This document shows positions 17,959 to 27,211 of a stretch of 32,000 nt of DNA, in pieces. The DNA comes from an uncultured Chloroflexia bacterium. GTDB lineage: Bacteria > Chloroflexota > Ktedonobacteria > Ktedonobacterales > JADMIN01. The position numbers and the translations under genes were made by a program. A model generated the notes under the pieces. That model was given only the letters and a program-made list of their open reading frames with translations. It did not search any database and was not told the origin of the DNA. The stretch covers positions 810,001 to 842,000 of the forward strand of contig CAVRAI010000003.1 of the NCBI GenBank assembly GCA_963718915.1. Direction: 5' to 3'. Each line of letters begins with the position of its first letter. The stretch's first letter is position 1.

Positions 17959-18918
17959 ATGTACGACCGTCAGCGCATCCGCCGCCGACATGCCGAGCCG
18001 CTCTCGCTTGCCGCACAGCATGCTCCGAATGCTTACATGGATAGCATCGGCGCCGCCAACCCCGGGCACAACTTTGGCCGCCTCGCTGTCACTGCTCCGG
18101 CCTCACAGGAGGAGCGCTATTCTACCCGCCACGCATTCATTGCCACCATTCCATTAGAGGCGAATCGCCAGGCCGATGGCGAGCGCGACGATGGCAAGCG
18201 ACCTGCTCTACTGCCCATCGAGGATCAGGGCATTGACGTGCCAGCGCCCACGGAGGATGAGACAGATGCGCTGCCATTCGGCGGAGGTGGCGCGACGCAG
18301 CGTATTCAGAGTACGCTTGGATTCACGTCGAGCCGCGCCGATGAGCCGGTCAATCCACCGGGCGGCGAGTATGGCACGACGACGTTCAAGGCGCTGCCGC
18401 TCAAAGATGTGGAGGTGAAGACGGGAAAACGCGGCTTCACCGTGAAGGCCACGGAAGAGCTGGAGATCAAGGTGCAGGTGTGCCCTGGCAATGGCCCCCA
18501 CCACGAGATCAATATCGCCGATGACGCTGACCCGGCGATCAATCATGAGAACTACCTCAAGGTTGCCGCCGACCTGACACCTGATCCAAAGGACCACGTG
18601 CCACCGCGCAATCACTACTGGGCGCGCGACCTTGTCTACAAACACGAGCACTTCCATGCGTCGGAAGATACAACCTATGGCGCTGAGGGAACGCGCCAGG
18701 CGCAGGGATGGCTCGGCAAACAGCGGGCCAGCAACGAGCAGGCTGTGCAGACGCTGTTGGATCTTGTGCCGGGGCAGGTTGAAGATCATATCCGTGCGAA
18801 GATGCCGAAAACCGAGCGAGAGCAGCGTGCCTACGACGATGGTGCGCCGGACTATCAGGCGCGGGCAGATGCGATCAAAGCGAAAGGCGACAGTGGCAAA
18901 TATCCACCGCCGCCCTAG
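17959..18918 (+). CDS. hypothetical protein with an HExxH motif (HEHFH)
   Basis: 319 aa. The N-terminus ends in NPGHNFGRLAV, followed by a low-complexity acidic linker. The C-terminal region carries DLVYKHEHFHASEDTTYG. No signal peptide or TM segment is evident. Weak RBS. Confidence 0.6.
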   Translation: MYDRQRIRRRHAEPLSLAAQHAPNAYMDSIGAANPGHNFGRLAVTAPASQEERYSTRHAFIATIPLEANRQADGERDDGKRPALLPIEDQGIDVPAPTEDETDALPFGGGGATQRIQSTLGFTSSRADEPVNPPGGEYGTTTFKALPLKDVEVKTGKRGFTVKATEELEIKVQVCPGNGPHHEINIADDADPAINHENYLKVAADLTPDPKDHVPPRNHYWARDLVYKHEHFHASEDTTYGAEGTRQAQGWLGKQRASNEQAVQTLLDLVPGQVEDHIRAKMPKTEREQRAYDDGAPDYQARADAIKAKGDSGKYPPPP

Positions 18919-18967
18919 TCGTGAATACCAAGCGTTCCAGCCGCCCCAAACGTCATAGCCACCAAAC

Positions 18968-19405
18968 TCACGCCACCGACCCCATCGCCTGCGAGTCGCA
19001 CGTCAGCACGGGAACGAGCGCCTGCTCGTCGGACTGCTCGGTCAGCGCCTCGAACATCGCCTCGACCAGTGTATAGACCTGATCCAGGCGGAATGGCTTG
19101 CGCACCAGCGCATCGACCACCGCCGGATATTCCTGACCAGGCAGCAGCCCCGCCGACATCAGCGCCAGCCCGTGCCGCTCCTTCAGGCCGGGATGCGCTT
19201 CGAGGGCGCGGCAGACATCCCAGCCGCTCATCTCCGGCATCATGAGATCCATCAACACAACGCATGGCTCCTGCGCCATCTCCAGCGCCTCGACGACCCC
19301 TCGGCCATCGCGGAACTGCGTCACCGCATAGCCTTCCGCCTCCAGCGCATAGCGCAGCAATTCGCGGATGGCGCGGTCATCATCCACAACCAGTACCTGT
19401 GACAT
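18968..19405 (-). CDS. single-domain CheY-like response regulator
   Basis: From ATG 19405 (AAGGGGAAGAGAGG upstream): MSQVLVVDDDRAIRELL…, phospho-acceptor in VVLMDLMMPEMSG, conserved Lys in LVRKPF. The 66 codons upstream in the track ORF lack any receiver homology. Confidence 0.85.
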   Translation of the reverse strand: MSQVLVVDDDRAIRELLRYALEAEGYAVTQFRDGRGVVEALEMAQEPCVVLMDLMMPEMSGWDVCRALEAHPGLKERHGLALMSAGLLPGQEYPAVVDALVRKPFRLDQVYTLVEAMFEALTEQSDEQALVPVLTCDSQAMGSVA

Positions 19406-19497
19406 GCCTCTCTTCCCCTTTCTGCCAGGAATACACGGCGACATCCCGGCGCGGTGTTCTGTCATCTGGATCGCGATACCAAGCCACTCGCCCGCAA

Positions 19498-19513
19498 CTA
19501 GAACTAATGTTCT
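19498..19513. promoter_or_regulatory. Perfect palindrome TAGAAC-TAAT-GTTCTA upstream of the CheY-like gene
   Basis: TAGAAC (19498-19503) and GTTCTA (19508-19513), 93-108 nt upstream of start 19405. It is adjacent to a minus-strand TACAAT/TATAGA -10-like sequence. Confidence 0.35.
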
Positions 19514-19833
19514 ATATTGTACTACGAGCAAGGGTCTCTGACAATCACGCAATCGGTGGAAATTACCCAGGATCGCCAACCAATGGCTGTTGATGGCGAT
19601 CAATGGCAGCCTGTGCCAACCGATGACGAGTGTTGGGGACTCTGTTCCCTGAGGAGACGTTTCATGCCGTCCGATTCTTTAAACGAGCCAGCGGCCTGGA
19701 AGGATGCGGACGCCGTATAGCCATATCGGGCCAGTTGCGGAAATTGCGCCACATGCGCTTTGTACTTGCATCTCACGCTGCGAGGCTTCACAATGCGCTA
19801 TAAGAGATGTTCGCGAAGATGGAGGTGTCCCCG

Positions 19834-21165
19834 ATGTCCACCGCCGATGCTGGCTCGCCGCTCTATGCGCGCCCCGCCGAACTGCTGCAACACCTGATTC
19901 GCTACGATACGACCAATCCGCCTGGCAACGAGGCCGCGTGCATTGCCTATATCCTATTTCAGCTGGCCGAGGCTGGTATCCCCGCGACCATCCTGGCGCG
20001 CGATCCTGCCCGCCCGAATCTGATTGCGCGCCTGGCTGGCCGGGGCAATGCGCCGCCGCTGCTGCTCTATGGCCATGTGGATGTCGTCACGACGGCGGGG
20101 CAGAGTTGGAGCCATCCACCGTTCGCGGGTGATCTAGCCGACGGCGCGATCTGGGGGCGTGGCGCGCTCGATATGAAGGGCGGCGTCGCCATGATGCTCG
20201 CCGCGTTTCTGCGCGCCGCCGCGGAAGGTGATGCCCTGCCGGGTGACGTGATCTTCGCCGCGCTGGCCGACGAGGAGAACTGGGGCGACTATGGCGCGCG
20301 CTATCTCGTCGAAGAGCACGCCGACCTGTTTCGTGGGGTGCGCTATGCCATCGGCGAGATTGGCGGCTTCACGATTCACATCGGCGCGCAGCGGTTCTAT
20401 CCCATCATGGTCGCCGAGAAGCAGGGTGCGGCCATCACAGCGACGGTGCGCGGTCCCGGTGGCCACGGCTCGTTGCCGATGCACGGTGGCGCGATGGCAA
20501 AGCTCGGACAACTGCTCCAGCGGCTCGATCAGCACCGGCTGCCGCCGCACATCACCCCTGTCACGCGCATGATGATCGAGGGCATAGCGAGTGCGCTGCC
20601 GCCGCAACTGGGCGATATGATGCGCCCGCTACTCGACCCGGAGCGCACCGATGCGACGCTCGACCTGCTCGGCGCGCAGGGCACGCTCTTCGATCCGCTG
20701 CTGCACAATACCGTCAACGCGACAGTTGTGCGCGGCGGCGACAAAGAGAACGTCATCCCCAGCGAGATCACGGTGGCGCTGGATGGGCGCCTCCTGCCGG
20801 GATTCACTCCCGAGGAGATGCTGGCGGAACTGCGTCAGCTTGCGGACGACCTGGCCGAGTTCTCCGCCGGGCGCAGCGACCTGACGCCGACCGCCGCGCC
20901 TGATATGGGGCTATTCGAGACACTGGCGGGGATTCTACGCGAGGCCGACCCCGGCGGGACGCCGATTCCGTTGCTGCTCTCGGGCGTCACCGATGGACGG
21001 CACCTCGCGCGGCTGGGCATCCAGACCTATGGCTACCTGCCGATGCGCCTGCCCGCCGATTTCCCTGTCATCCAGCTTATCCACGCCGCCGACGAGCGCA
21101 TCCCCGTGGAGGCCGTGAGCTTCGGCGCGGAGGCCATCTACCAGGCGTTGCGCCGCTTCGGATAG
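19834..21165 (+). CDS. M20 family metallopeptidase (ArgE/DapE/carboxypeptidase G2-like)
   Basis: Motifs LLLYGHVDVV, GRGALDMKGG and ADEENWG. A dimerisation insert is present. I prefer ATG 19834 (GGAGG 7 nt upstream) over the track start at 19807. Confidence 0.85.
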   Translation: MSTADAGSPLYARPAELLQHLIRYDTTNPPGNEAACIAYILFQLAEAGIPATILARDPARPNLIARLAGRGNAPPLLLYGHVDVVTTAGQSWSHPPFAGDLADGAIWGRGALDMKGGVAMMLAAFLRAAAEGDALPGDVIFAALADEENWGDYGARYLVEEHADLFRGVRYAIGEIGGFTIHIGAQRFYPIMVAEKQGAAITATVRGPGGHGSLPMHGGAMAKLGQLLQRLDQHRLPPHITPVTRMMIEGIASALPPQLGDMMRPLLDPERTDATLDLLGAQGTLFDPLLHNTVNATVVRGGDKENVIPSEITVALDGRLLPGFTPEEMLAELRQLADDLAEFSAGRSDLTPTAAPDMGLFETLAGILREADPGGTPIPLLLSGVTDGRHLARLGIQTYGYLPMRLPADFPVIQLIHAADERIPVEAVSFGAEAIYQALRRFG

Positions 21166-21184
21166 CTCATCAGGTTAACGTCTG

Positions 21185-22786
21185 CTATGACGCGGTGGGC
21201 TGTGCCAGATCGTGCGCGGGCGCCTCGACTTTAGCAGGTGGAGCGCCCAGCGGCGCCGTGAGCGTGACCGTTGTGCCAAGTTCGGGGTCGCTCTCGATCT
21301 CCAGGTGCGCCTTGATTAGTCCGGCGCGCTCGCGCATGCCGCGCAGACCGAGACCGCTACGCGATTCGGCGTCGCCTTTCGCCTGCGGCGAGCGCACGCG
21401 GCTCAGCGTCTCCGCGACCGAAAACCCCTGGCCGTTATCCGCGACCGTCAGCGTGATGCGGTCTTTATCGTATTTCAGCGTGATTTTGGCGCTGGTGGCG
21501 TTGGCATGACGGCGCGCATTGGAGAGCGCTTCCTGGGCGATGCGATAGATCGTCACCTCGAATTCGCGCGTGCCGGGTTGGCTGCTTTCGCCCTCCTGCT
21601 CGAATTCGCATTCCAGCCCGCGCTGCGTGGTGCTGGTGGCCAGCGAGGCCAGCGCGGCGGCAAGTCCCAGGTCGTCCAGCACGGAGGGGCGCAGATCCTG
21701 GCAGGCGCGGCGGATGCTATCGATGCTGCGCTTGGCGAGATCGCCCAGCTCCGCGATGAAGCGTGTGTCGTGCTCGGCGACAAATTGGTCGGGGCGTCGC
21801 GCGGAGAGCGCGTCTAGCCCGCGCGAGAGCGCCACCAGCGTCTGCGCCGTATCGTCATGTAGTTCGCGCGAGAGTCGGCGTCGTTCCTCCTCCTGGGCAT
21901 CGGTAATCAAGGCGGCGTAGTCTTCGAGGGCCGCCTCACGCTCGCGCGCCACGCCCAGCTTGAGAACCGTCTGCTGCAATTCGTCGGTGCGCTGTTCCAG
22001 GCGAACGCTCAAGAGCGCCAGGTAATAGATAGCCGAGAGCGGCACGAGAAAGAGCAGCCACGAAACCTCCGCTTCGAAGTTGTCGAGGATCTCAGCCAGT
22101 GGGAGCAGCGGGCCGATGACCAGCATCATCAGTTGGAAGCGAATCGCGGGGGCGGCAAGGAAGGCCTGCCAGGAGACGGGCATGGGCAGGTTGGTGAGAC
22201 GCCGTTCCAGCAGGCGGAAGCCCACCGCTCCGGCAAACATAACCCCCGACGCCAGCAGCGCGCCCACGATATGGCCATGTAGCTGCGAGTTGGCGGAGGC
22301 GCCAAACGGCGCGCCGCTTGCCACGTAGACAAGCCCCGCGCAGAGCGTCGTGATGCCAGCAGCCGCGGATTGACGCAACACGAGTGGCAGATCTTGCCGA
22401 TGACGTATGACATCTGGCGCTCCGGCGATCAATGGGGTGACGAGCGCCAGAACAATCGCGCCAGTTGTGCCTGCCAGGACGACTGTTGCCAGATAGAGCG
22501 TATAGAGCGGATCAGGCAGCATCTGGCCCGTGCGGGCATCCAGGCCAAATCGCTGGCGAGTCACGCGCACGAAAAACGCAGTGCCGATGGTCAGCACCGT
22601 CAATATCAGCATCGCCTGTGGCGGTGAATTGGGCTGAGCCGAGACCGGCCCCCAAAACGCCCAGGCGATAGTAATCCCGATCAGAACAAACAGGAGTCCC
22701 ATGTTGTGTACAAAGTAGTCGGTAAGAGACGACACACCGGCAAGGAATTTCCCCGAGTTGTCGGCTCGATGATGCTGCGCTCGCAT
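21185..22786 (-). CDS. sensor histidine kinase (HisKA_3/NarL-partner type) with polytopic N-terminal membrane domain
   Basis: 533 aa. About 7-8 TM helices, then a coiled region, the H-box LSRELHDDTAQTLVAL, and the HATPase_c N/G boxes (NARRHANA, DNGQGF, GLGLRGMRERA). Confidence 0.9.
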   Translation of the reverse strand: MRAQHHRADNSGKFLAGVSSLTDYFVHNMGLLFVLIGITIAWAFWGPVSAQPNSPPQAMLILTVLTIGTAFFVRVTRQRFGLDARTGQMLPDPLYTLYLATVVLAGTTGAIVLALVTPLIAGAPDVIRHRQDLPLVLRQSAAAGITTLCAGLVYVASGAPFGASANSQLHGHIVGALLASGVMFAGAVGFRLLERRLTNLPMPVSWQAFLAAPAIRFQLMMLVIGPLLPLAEILDNFEAEVSWLLFLVPLSAIYYLALLSVRLEQRTDELQQTVLKLGVAREREAALEDYAALITDAQEEERRRLSRELHDDTAQTLVALSRGLDALSARRPDQFVAEHDTRFIAELGDLAKRSIDSIRRACQDLRPSVLDDLGLAAALASLATSTTQRGLECEFEQEGESSQPGTREFEVTIYRIAQEALSNARRHANATSAKITLKYDKDRITLTVADNGQGFSVAETLSRVRSPQAKGDAESRSGLGLRGMRERAGLIKAHLEIESDPELGTTVTLTAPLGAPPAKVEAPAHDLAQPTAS

Positions 22787-22907
22787 ACCACTGCTCCCTA
22801 TATCCGCACGTCATAACCAGGCCAACAGGTGGCGCTAGTTAGAGATGCGGATGAGAGCAACGTACCCCATTTGGAGGAGAACGCGCAAGCGCAGCCCGGT
22901 GAAGGGA

Positions 22908-23702
22908 CTACTCCTCACCCTCGGTTGGAACGGCCTCGGCCAGGGTCACAGCGCCTGTCAGGTCGGGGTGCTCGGTATCGTCCAGGGCGATCCATCCCCG
23001 TCGCAGCGCCAGCAACACCGCCTCGGTGCGCGATCCAACGCCCAGTTTGGCGAAAATATTACCCAGGTGGGTGTGGATGGTACGCACGCTCAGGTTCAGG
23101 CGGCGGGCGATGTCTTTGTTGGGCAGGCCTCGCGCCGCCTCGCGCAGCACCTCCATCTCCCGGTCGGAGAGCGGCGGCATCGAGACGGTGGGCGAGCGAT
23201 GAGAGACCGCCTGGCGCAGCGCGCGCACCGCGATCGCTGGCTGAAGCACCGCCTCGCCGCGATGAACCGAGCGCACCGCCGTCACCAGCTCCTGGCCGCG
23301 CACGTCTTTGAGCAGGAAGCCTGCCGCGCCCGCGTTGAGCAACGCCAGCACATACTGGTCATCGTCATATGCCGTCAGCGCCAGCACCGCGACCTTCGGG
23401 ATCTGCTGCTTGATGTGGCGCGTCGCCTCGATGCCACTCATGCCAGGCATCGCCACGTCGATAATCAGCACATCCGGCTGGCTGGCGACGGCTTGTTCGA
23501 CGGCGGAGATACCATCTCCGGCCTCGGCGATCACTTCAATATCAGGCTCGGCTTCAAGCAAGCGGCGGGTACCTTCGCGCACCAGCACATGGTCATCGGC
23601 CAGCATCACCCGAATCGTATCGCCAGCATCAAGGCTGGCATCGCCCAGTCCTGACTGCGCATCGGCGTTTTCGGCATCGCCGTTCGGCGTCTTGCGTGCC
23701 AT
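22908..23702 (-). CDS. NarL/LuxR-family response regulator
   Basis: Receiver domain (IRVMLADDH, DVLIIDVAMPGMSG) plus a LuxR HTH (LSDREMEVLREAARGLPNKDIARRLNLSVRTIHTHLGNIFAKLGV). The start is probably ATG 23702 (GAGGATGAG upstream) or 23720. The track start at 23870 adds an implausible extension. Confidence 0.88.
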   Translation of the reverse strand: MARKTPNGDAENADAQSGLGDASLDAGDTIRVMLADDHVLVREGTRRLLEAEPDIEVIAEAGDGISAVEQAVASQPDVLIIDVAMPGMSGIEATRHIKQQIPKVAVLALTAYDDDQYVLALLNAGAAGFLLKDVRGQELVTAVRSVHRGEAVLQPAIAVRALRQAVSHRSPTVSMPPLSDREMEVLREAARGLPNKDIARRLNLSVRTIHTHLGNIFAKLGVGSRTEAVLLALRRGWIALDDTEHPDLTGAVTLAEAVPTEGEE

Positions 23703-24194
23703 CGTCTCATCCTCTCTCATGAGCGCGTTCACCGTGTTATGCACCGGTGAACCCCCCGGAAATCCACTGCTCTGCATGCGCGCAGCCTCCTGTATCGTAT
23801 AGTGCTTCGTCATTTCGGCCTGTCGTGTAGGGAAAAACGCCCTACAGTCCCCGAATTCTACACACAACACGAGCGAAATCGCGCTCCTCCATTATACCTG
23901 CAAGAGATGCGTAGCGCGCGTCACGTCGCGTTGCCGAGAACGTAGCCAGTGAAAAGGTGTTCTTCCGGCGCGCATTGCCCATCCACTGCCCGCTCGCGTC
24001 AGTGATAGAAGCGATAGTCAGGCATGCGCAGTCGCTCACCCCGCCGCATTATCCCAGGCGTACTCTTCGCGAAAGCAGAGTACGAGAAATGGACTGTTCC
24101 CAGGTACACGACTCTATGGTAAACTGGCACGGCCAACCGCCCGCTGTAGCGAGAGTGTGAGAGGGCTGGCGCTGGCGGAGGAGAGGAGAAGGTC

Positions 24195-25463
24195 TTGAAG
24201 TTTCGGTGGTCTTTTATTGCCTCGATTGTGCTGGCGGCGGGAGCCATCGTGGCATGGTATCTCAACAGCTCGGGGAGCTACGCGGGACAACTGGAATACT
24301 GGGTTTTTGGCCTGGCGCTCGCCGCGCTCATCCCGCTCGCGCAGGCCATCAATGATGTCACCGAGGGGCTTTCGCCGTACCTGGGTAAGGTATCGCGCGG
24401 GCTGATCGAGGCGACATTTAGCAACATCCCTGAGATTGCTATTGGCGTCTTTCTGCTGATCAAGGCGCATGAGAGCGCGACCCTCCTCGATACGAACTTT
24501 GTCATCATCCGCGGCCTGCTTATCGGCTCGGTTATCAACAACGTTCTGCTGGTACTCGGCTCCGCCGTCATGTTCGGCGCGTTCCGTAACGGACGGATGA
24601 AGTTCAACGCGGGGCAGGCGGCGGGGTTTGCCTCGATGCTCGCCCTGGCCGTCGTCGGCCTCGCGCTGCCCACACTCGCGGCGGGTTTCGCCAAAGAGCA
24701 CTCCGCCGCTAATGAAGAAACCGCCAGTCTGGTGGTGAGCGCCATTCTCATTGTCACCTACATTATGTATGTTGGCGCCAGCACCTTCGGCTGGGGTGAA
24801 AAAGTGCGCGTGAGCCGCAAGAAAGCGGCGAAGGGCGAGGAGCAGAGCGAAGGCGAGGAAGAAGGCGAGGAAGAAGGCGAAGCCGACGAAGAGGCGCGCA
24901 AGCAGATAGAGAGGGAACAGGCGGAGGCCGAGCAGAACGCCCGCGAGGCGGCTCGTCGCCGGGAGTTGCGGCGGGAGAATCCGCTGGCGCTGCCGCTCGG
25001 ATTCCTCGCGCTGGCGTTCTTCACCGCCGTCATTGCGTTCATGGCCTATCTCTTTGTCGGCGTCACCGATGAGGTTATCGCGCAGACGGCGCTGACACCA
25101 CTCTCGGTGGGCCTGATTCTCTTCCCAATTGTCTGCAATCTTGGCGAGCTGATCGCGGCGTTTCGCGGCGCCTGGGGCAATGATATGGATGCCGCGATGA
25201 GTGTCGCCGCTGGCTCCAGCGTTCAGGTGCCGCTGTTTGTGACGCCGGCGCTGGTCCTCATCAGCGCGATTCTGGCGGGCGCCAACGCGGGCAACGTACT
25301 GACCCTGGTCTTCAACCCGATTGAGTTGATCGTCGTGGGGCTGGTGACGTTTGTCTATGCGCTCGTCAATCTGGATGGCGAGACCACCTGGCTGGAAGGA
25401 GTGCAGTTGCTCGCGTTCTACCTGATGATTGCCGTCACCGCTTTCGTCCTTCCTGGCCGGTAA
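24195..25463 (+). CDS. Ca2+/cation:proton antiporter (CaCA/CAX-type), divergent alpha-repeats
   Basis: 422 aa with two Na_Ca_ex-type halves separated by an acidic loop (EEQSEGEEEGEEEGEADEE). Alpha-repeat signatures read ATFSNIPEI and IVCNLGELI where I expect GNAxE-type motifs; Asn and Glu are retained. TTG start with GGAGGAGAGGAGAAGG upstream. Confidence 0.8.
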   Translation: MKFRWSFIASIVLAAGAIVAWYLNSSGSYAGQLEYWVFGLALAALIPLAQAINDVTEGLSPYLGKVSRGLIEATFSNIPEIAIGVFLLIKAHESATLLDTNFVIIRGLLIGSVINNVLLVLGSAVMFGAFRNGRMKFNAGQAAGFASMLALAVVGLALPTLAAGFAKEHSAANEETASLVVSAILIVTYIMYVGASTFGWGEKVRVSRKKAAKGEEQSEGEEEGEEEGEADEEARKQIEREQAEAEQNAREAARRRELRRENPLALPLGFLALAFFTAVIAFMAYLFVGVTDEVIAQTALTPLSVGLILFPIVCNLGELIAAFRGAWGNDMDAAMSVAAGSSVQVPLFVTPALVLISAILAGANAGNVLTLVFNPIELIVVGLVTFVYALVNLDGETTWLEGVQLLAFYLMIAVTAFVLPGR

Positions 25464-25508
25464 AGATTGCGAATATTGGCCAGTCAGATCCTTCGATGCC
25501 CCTCCCCA

Positions 25509-25531
25509 CCAGTGGGAGGGGTGTTCGTAGC
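25509..25531. terminator. G/C hairpin related to 3097-3119, downstream of the antiporter gene
   Basis: CCCCTCCC (25509-25516), loop CACCAGT, GGGAGGGG (25524-25531), 46 nt after the stop at 25463. No U-tract follows. Confidence 0.4.
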
Positions 25532-25650
25532 TATGCCGCCTGAATGGCCGTGGGAGCTATGGTAGAATACAGAGGCGTGCTGGCGGTCTGCTGGCGGTGT
25601 GCTGGTCTCGCATGTCACGCGCTGGGAATACAGGAATAGCGGTATCGCTG

Positions 25651-25705
25651 GCGAGAGAAGAGGGCGAGAAGAGGGCGAGAAGAGGGCGAGAAGAGGGCGA
25701 GAAGG
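25651..25705. repeat. 11-bp purine-rich tandem repeat (GCGAGAAGAGG, about 4.5 copies) just upstream of the kinase gene
   Basis: GCGAGAGAAGAGG (25651-25663), then three exact copies of GCGAGAAGAGG (25664-25696), then the partial copy GCGAGAAGG. The array ends 16 nt before ATG 25721, next to RBS AAGGAG. Confidence 0.85.
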
Positions 25706-25720
25706 ATAAGGAGCAGGGCA

Positions 25721-26944
25721 ATGGCGCAGATGGGAGCCGCCGCCGCGATAGCGCCGCTGGCAGATCGCTATCGTGTCCTGGCGCGGGTTGGCGTTGGCGG
25801 CACAGCGGTGGTCTATCGCAGCATCGACATGCATACCGAGCGCATCGTCGCCGTCAAAGTGCTGCGCACCAATAGCCCGCTGATTCCAGAGGCGGCGTCG
25901 CGCTTCCGTCGCGAGGCGCGGCTGGCGGCAACGCTTTCGCACCGCCATATCGTGCGTCTGCTCGACTACGGCTATACCATACCGTTGCCGGTAGGTGGGC
26001 GGATGTCGTGGGAGGATGATGGCGAGCAGCCCGTTCCCTATCTGGCGATGGAATATGTCTTTGGCGCGACGCTGAAAGAGCTTGTCCGGCGGCGCGGCCC
26101 GCTGCCTTTGGACTGGGTCTGGCGGCTGGGTGGCCAGCTCTGCGACGCGCTCAGCGCGGCCCATGCCCTGGGTGTCGTTCACCGCGATGTCAAGCCGCAG
26201 AACGTTATGATCCTCGACGCCGCATCGGAACTGCTTGCCAAGCTGACCGATTTTGGCATTGCCCGCCAGGTGGGCGGCGATCTCACCAGTCTGACGGAAA
26301 GCGGCCAGGTGCTCGGTACGCCCGACTATCTCTCCCCGGAACAGGTGCTTGGCGAGCCAGGCGGGCCATCTTCCGATCTCTATGCGCTCGGTATAGTGCT
26401 CTATGAGTTGCTTACCGGGCGGCTACCCTTCGAGGGGGAGACTCCGCTGGCCGCGGCATCGAAACGGGTGATGGCTGATCCCGCGCCGCTCGAACACTTT
26501 CGTGAGGATATCCCCGCGCCACTGGTGGATGTGGTACTCCTGGCGCTCCGGCGCGACCCCGGCGAGCGCTTTGCCGATGCCAACGAATTTGCCCAGGCGC
26601 TGCGCTGGAGCCGGGAGCGCTCGCCCGCGATGCCGCCTGCCGACCGAGGCGCTTGGGTGATGACGCCGCAGAACCGTGCCGCACCGCCGCCCGCCGAGCA
26701 GGCGCAATCCGCGGGGCAATACGAGGCGGGGTCAGACGCGCCCTCCGAAGAAGAGCCGCCAGAGCAATCGACGGTGCTGCGCGTTGCCCCACATGTGCCT
26801 GGCATTGATCCAGAAGCCGCGCCAGGCCAACCCTCCCAACCCTCTCAACCTTCGTTACCCGCCGACATGTCTGCCGACGCCCCAGCGGATGTCCCAGAAG
26901 ATACTCGGGGCGATGCGCCAGAGGATGCGGCCCAGACCCCGTAG
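25721..26944 (+). CDS. Hanks-type Ser/Thr protein kinase (catalytically competent motifs) with Pro/Ala/acidic C-terminal tail
   Basis: G-loop VGVGGTAVVY, VAVK, HRDVKPQN, DFGIAR, GTPDYLSPEQ. The C-terminal 130 aa or so are low-complexity with no TM segment. AGGAG lies 7 nt upstream of the ATG. Confidence 0.9.
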   Translation: MAQMGAAAAIAPLADRYRVLARVGVGGTAVVYRSIDMHTERIVAVKVLRTNSPLIPEAASRFRREARLAATLSHRHIVRLLDYGYTIPLPVGGRMSWEDDGEQPVPYLAMEYVFGATLKELVRRRGPLPLDWVWRLGGQLCDALSAAHALGVVHRDVKPQNVMILDAASELLAKLTDFGIARQVGGDLTSLTESGQVLGTPDYLSPEQVLGEPGGPSSDLYALGIVLYELLTGRLPFEGETPLAAASKRVMADPAPLEHFREDIPAPLVDVVLLALRRDPGERFADANEFAQALRWSRERSPAMPPADRGAWVMTPQNRAAPPPAEQAQSAGQYEAGSDAPSEEEPPEQSTVLRVAPHVPGIDPEAAPGQPSQPSQPSLPADMSADAPADVPEDTRGDAPEDAAQTP

Positions 26945-27211
26945 GCGAGATTACCCCAGGAGAATACTGAGACGCTCCTGTGATGAAATGCGTCTAAAGC
27001 AGTATGCAGCCACCGCCTGATTTGTTATATAGTGTCTACGTTGGGCGGATGGCAACCAGGGCATGTTGGCATTCACCGACTGCGCGGCGATACCGCGTGG
27101 TGATGCGGGCGCTTAGGATGCGGCGCCGTTCAACATATCCAGGGCGCAGGTTCGCGAAGTAGTCGCGAGATTGATGAGATGTACTGAATTTGAACAGGAG
27201 AGGTGCTACAC

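Noticed and set aside
19517-19720. 67-aa ORF in the CheY/M20 intergenic region.
   Set aside because: It has a TTG start without an RBS. Third-codon positions are not GC-enriched, unlike the real genes here, and I recognise no motif. I cannot support it as a gene.
23703-23870. 56-codon N-terminal extension of the NarL-type regulator (track start at 23870).
   Set aside because: The extension has no receiver homology. Internal ATGs at 23720 and 23702 have an upstream GAGG-type RBS and give a normal-length N-terminus.
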